A stretch of 64,000 nt of DNA from assembly GCA_003971905.1 (NCBI GenBank), contig RSEE01000112.1, forward strand, positions 62,001 through 126,000, in the 5' to 3' direction. Shown in pieces: positions 60,973 to 64,000 of this stretch. The DNA is from Moniliella sp. 'wahieum' (Eukaryota). The number at the start of each line of letters is the position of its first letter. Position 1 is the stretch's first letter. The position numbers were made by a program, and so were the translations under genes. The notes under the pieces are model-generated. The model had not been told where the DNA came from. It made no database searches and saw only the letters and a list, made by a program, of their open reading frames with translations.

Positions 60973-62312
60973 TTAGGTCACGGGGGACGGTGGAGCCTGC
61001 TGAGGTGGTCCCTCTGGGCGGCTCGGCCGGTTTGGACGATCCCTCACCTGCAGCAGGAAGTGCAACAGCGGTGGCGTGGGGGCGGATGGAATCCGTTTGG
61101 GGCGCCCGCCTTGCTGGTCGGCGTCGTACGCGGCTGCCTGTAGCGTGCGCGCTCGGTATCGTACCACGTAGTGAACAGTATCGTGTTGTCCTTTTGAGCC
61201 GACGGGCGTAGCAGGTCCACGGCCACCATGTCTTCTCCTTTGTGTCGTTACACCAGGATTGGTATGCGGCGCTGGTCCGAGCGAGATGTTCAGTGGGGAT
61301 GTGGGTGCCGTGGTATGCCTGGAGCAAGGGGCGAACGTCAGGGACGTGAGTGATGCCTACTGCCTCCAAGAAGGGAAGGTACCCAATCAAGTCCCGGTCC
61401 TCTCGCTCCGCCTTCCACGGGGGGAGTAAAATGGCATTGTCCTCCACGTGCGAGATGGACTCGGGATTGGTATCGAGGAAGATGACTTTGGCAGGATCGC
61501 GGTTGAGCGCTTGGAGGTCTTTGACCACACGTCCATCGTCCAGTGTGCGACAAGATTCCTTGAACAATGTGTAGGTCACGAAGCGGCGGTCGGGATCGAG
61601 GGCGTCGAGGATCGGGGCAACGGCCAAGGAAGGCTGGGTGGTGTAGAGGACAATTTCATAAAACTGGCTCAGGTAGCCCAAAAAGTACTCGACGCCAGGC
61701 CGTTTGGCGGTGCGCCAGCCGTGTTGGCGTGTCCACCAGCTCCAGGTGAGCAAGCCATCGAGGTCGATGACCAGGGTGTACGGACGGCCGTACGGCGGCG
61801 GCAGCGGATCCGGAAGCAATTGCTCCCACAGCGGCGCGTGCGCCTCCTCCCGCATCCAGGCCAAGCGCGTGTACAGCCGACCGTACCACCACTCCTGCTG
61901 CCACGCAGGCACGTCGCGCCGCACCACCCGCGTGCTTCTTGCTCGTCGTACGGCACGGTCAATCCATACGCGAAATAGCCCAGCATAACCACCGAGGACA
62001 GCAGGAAAAAGCGCACGCGCGCCGTGTGCCGCAGCTCGGCTTTGGTCGGCACCTTGCCCTCGTCCGCCGCCGACGTGCTGGACGCCGGCCGGGCGGCAGC
62101 AGAGGGCGGGGTAGACACGGCGGACGCAGGCGCGGGGCGGATGCGGGGGGGGAGGGGGCGGATGCGGGCTTGCGGGTGCCAGCGCGCCGCCGGGGGCGGT
62201 GGGGTATCGGGGGGGGAGGCGGATGGGGCGCGGCCCGCACGCCGAGGCTAGTGTGGAGCAGGCGGGCGCGGGGCAACACAGCAGCGGCAGTGCGCGTGGA
62301 AGGCGGCAGCAT
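60973..62312 (-). CDS. TIM50: Mitochondrial inner-membrane translocase subunit Tim50 (FCP1/NIF homology domain)
   Basis: Presequence, one TM segment (FFLLSSVVMLGYFAYG), LLPDPLPPPYGRPYTLVIDLDGLL, HGWRTAKRPGVEYFLGYLSQFYEIVLYTTQ, VKDLQALNRD and DVRPLL. Confidence 0.94.
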
Positions 62313-62731
62313 CGGCGCGGTGGCGTGCTCAGCCCGCAGCAGCCCCGCTTGTCCCCGCGTCGGCTGTCGGATCGAGGCAGGTGGTGGGCTCAGCCGTGGG
62401 TGTGGGTAGTCTGCGGCGGTAGCCGGCGATTAGGCGCTGCGGCCATCCGCCTCGGAACATTCGGCCCCAATTCCGACCCAAACCATCACGTGATCCTGCG
62501 GCGGCTGCAGCGAGCGGAGCGGCGCGCGGCCAAGAACGAAAGCCAGCACGCGACGCGACGCGGCGTGGCGGTGACGACCACCACCGCAACTACCACCACT
62601 ACTACCACCGCCATTACCACCACCACCGCACATTACCACCACCACCGCCATTACCACCACCACGCCATTACCACCACCACCGCCATTACCACCACCACCA
62701 CCCCTCCTCCCCCCCCCCGCTCTGCCGCACC

Positions 62732-64000
<1,269 letters not shown>

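Noticed and set aside
62575..62700. (CACCACCGCCATTAC)-type repeat giving poly-Thr/His ORFs
   Set aside because: A simple CAC-based microsatellite upstream of the HAT2 start, with no evidence that it is coding.

Overview
Gene-dense, GC-rich eukaryotic DNA from a fungus. Short GT(A/G)CG...CTRAC...YAG introns and the protein families suggest a basidiomycete, possibly Ustilaginomycotina (inference). About 24 protein genes can be read: aspartate aminotransferase, Rad1/XPF, Lcl3 nuclease, ribosomal P1, an RlpA/expansin-like secreted protein, a divergent eEF1A paralog, a B-type cyclin, Csn5, a RING E3, Sym1, a 2OG-Fe(II) oxygenase, a myosin-motor chitin synthase, an MFS transporter, otubain, eIF5A, an amidohydrolase, an S53 peptidase, Spp2, Mdj1, Tim50, a partial Hat2/RBBP4 and two hypothetical proteins. 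There are also two intron-containing tRNAs (Asp-GTC, Gly-CCC) and a Ty1/copia relic. Almost every gene, including essential ones, has 1-nt frameshifts, most simply explained as uncorrected sequencing indels, so CDS boundaries are hand reconstructions. The most interesting observations are (1) an eEF1A-derived protein with degenerate GTPase motifs (candidate pseudo-GTPase), (2) a pervasive 7-bp-period, often palindromic repeat pattern in intergenic DNA, densest upstream of the S53 peptidase, (3) a 7-copy CACGTG array in a bidirectional promoter plus CACGTG at many other promoters, and (4) an intronless, bacterial-looking YtcJ-type amidohydrolase. I found no multi-gene novel system that the sequence alone supports.
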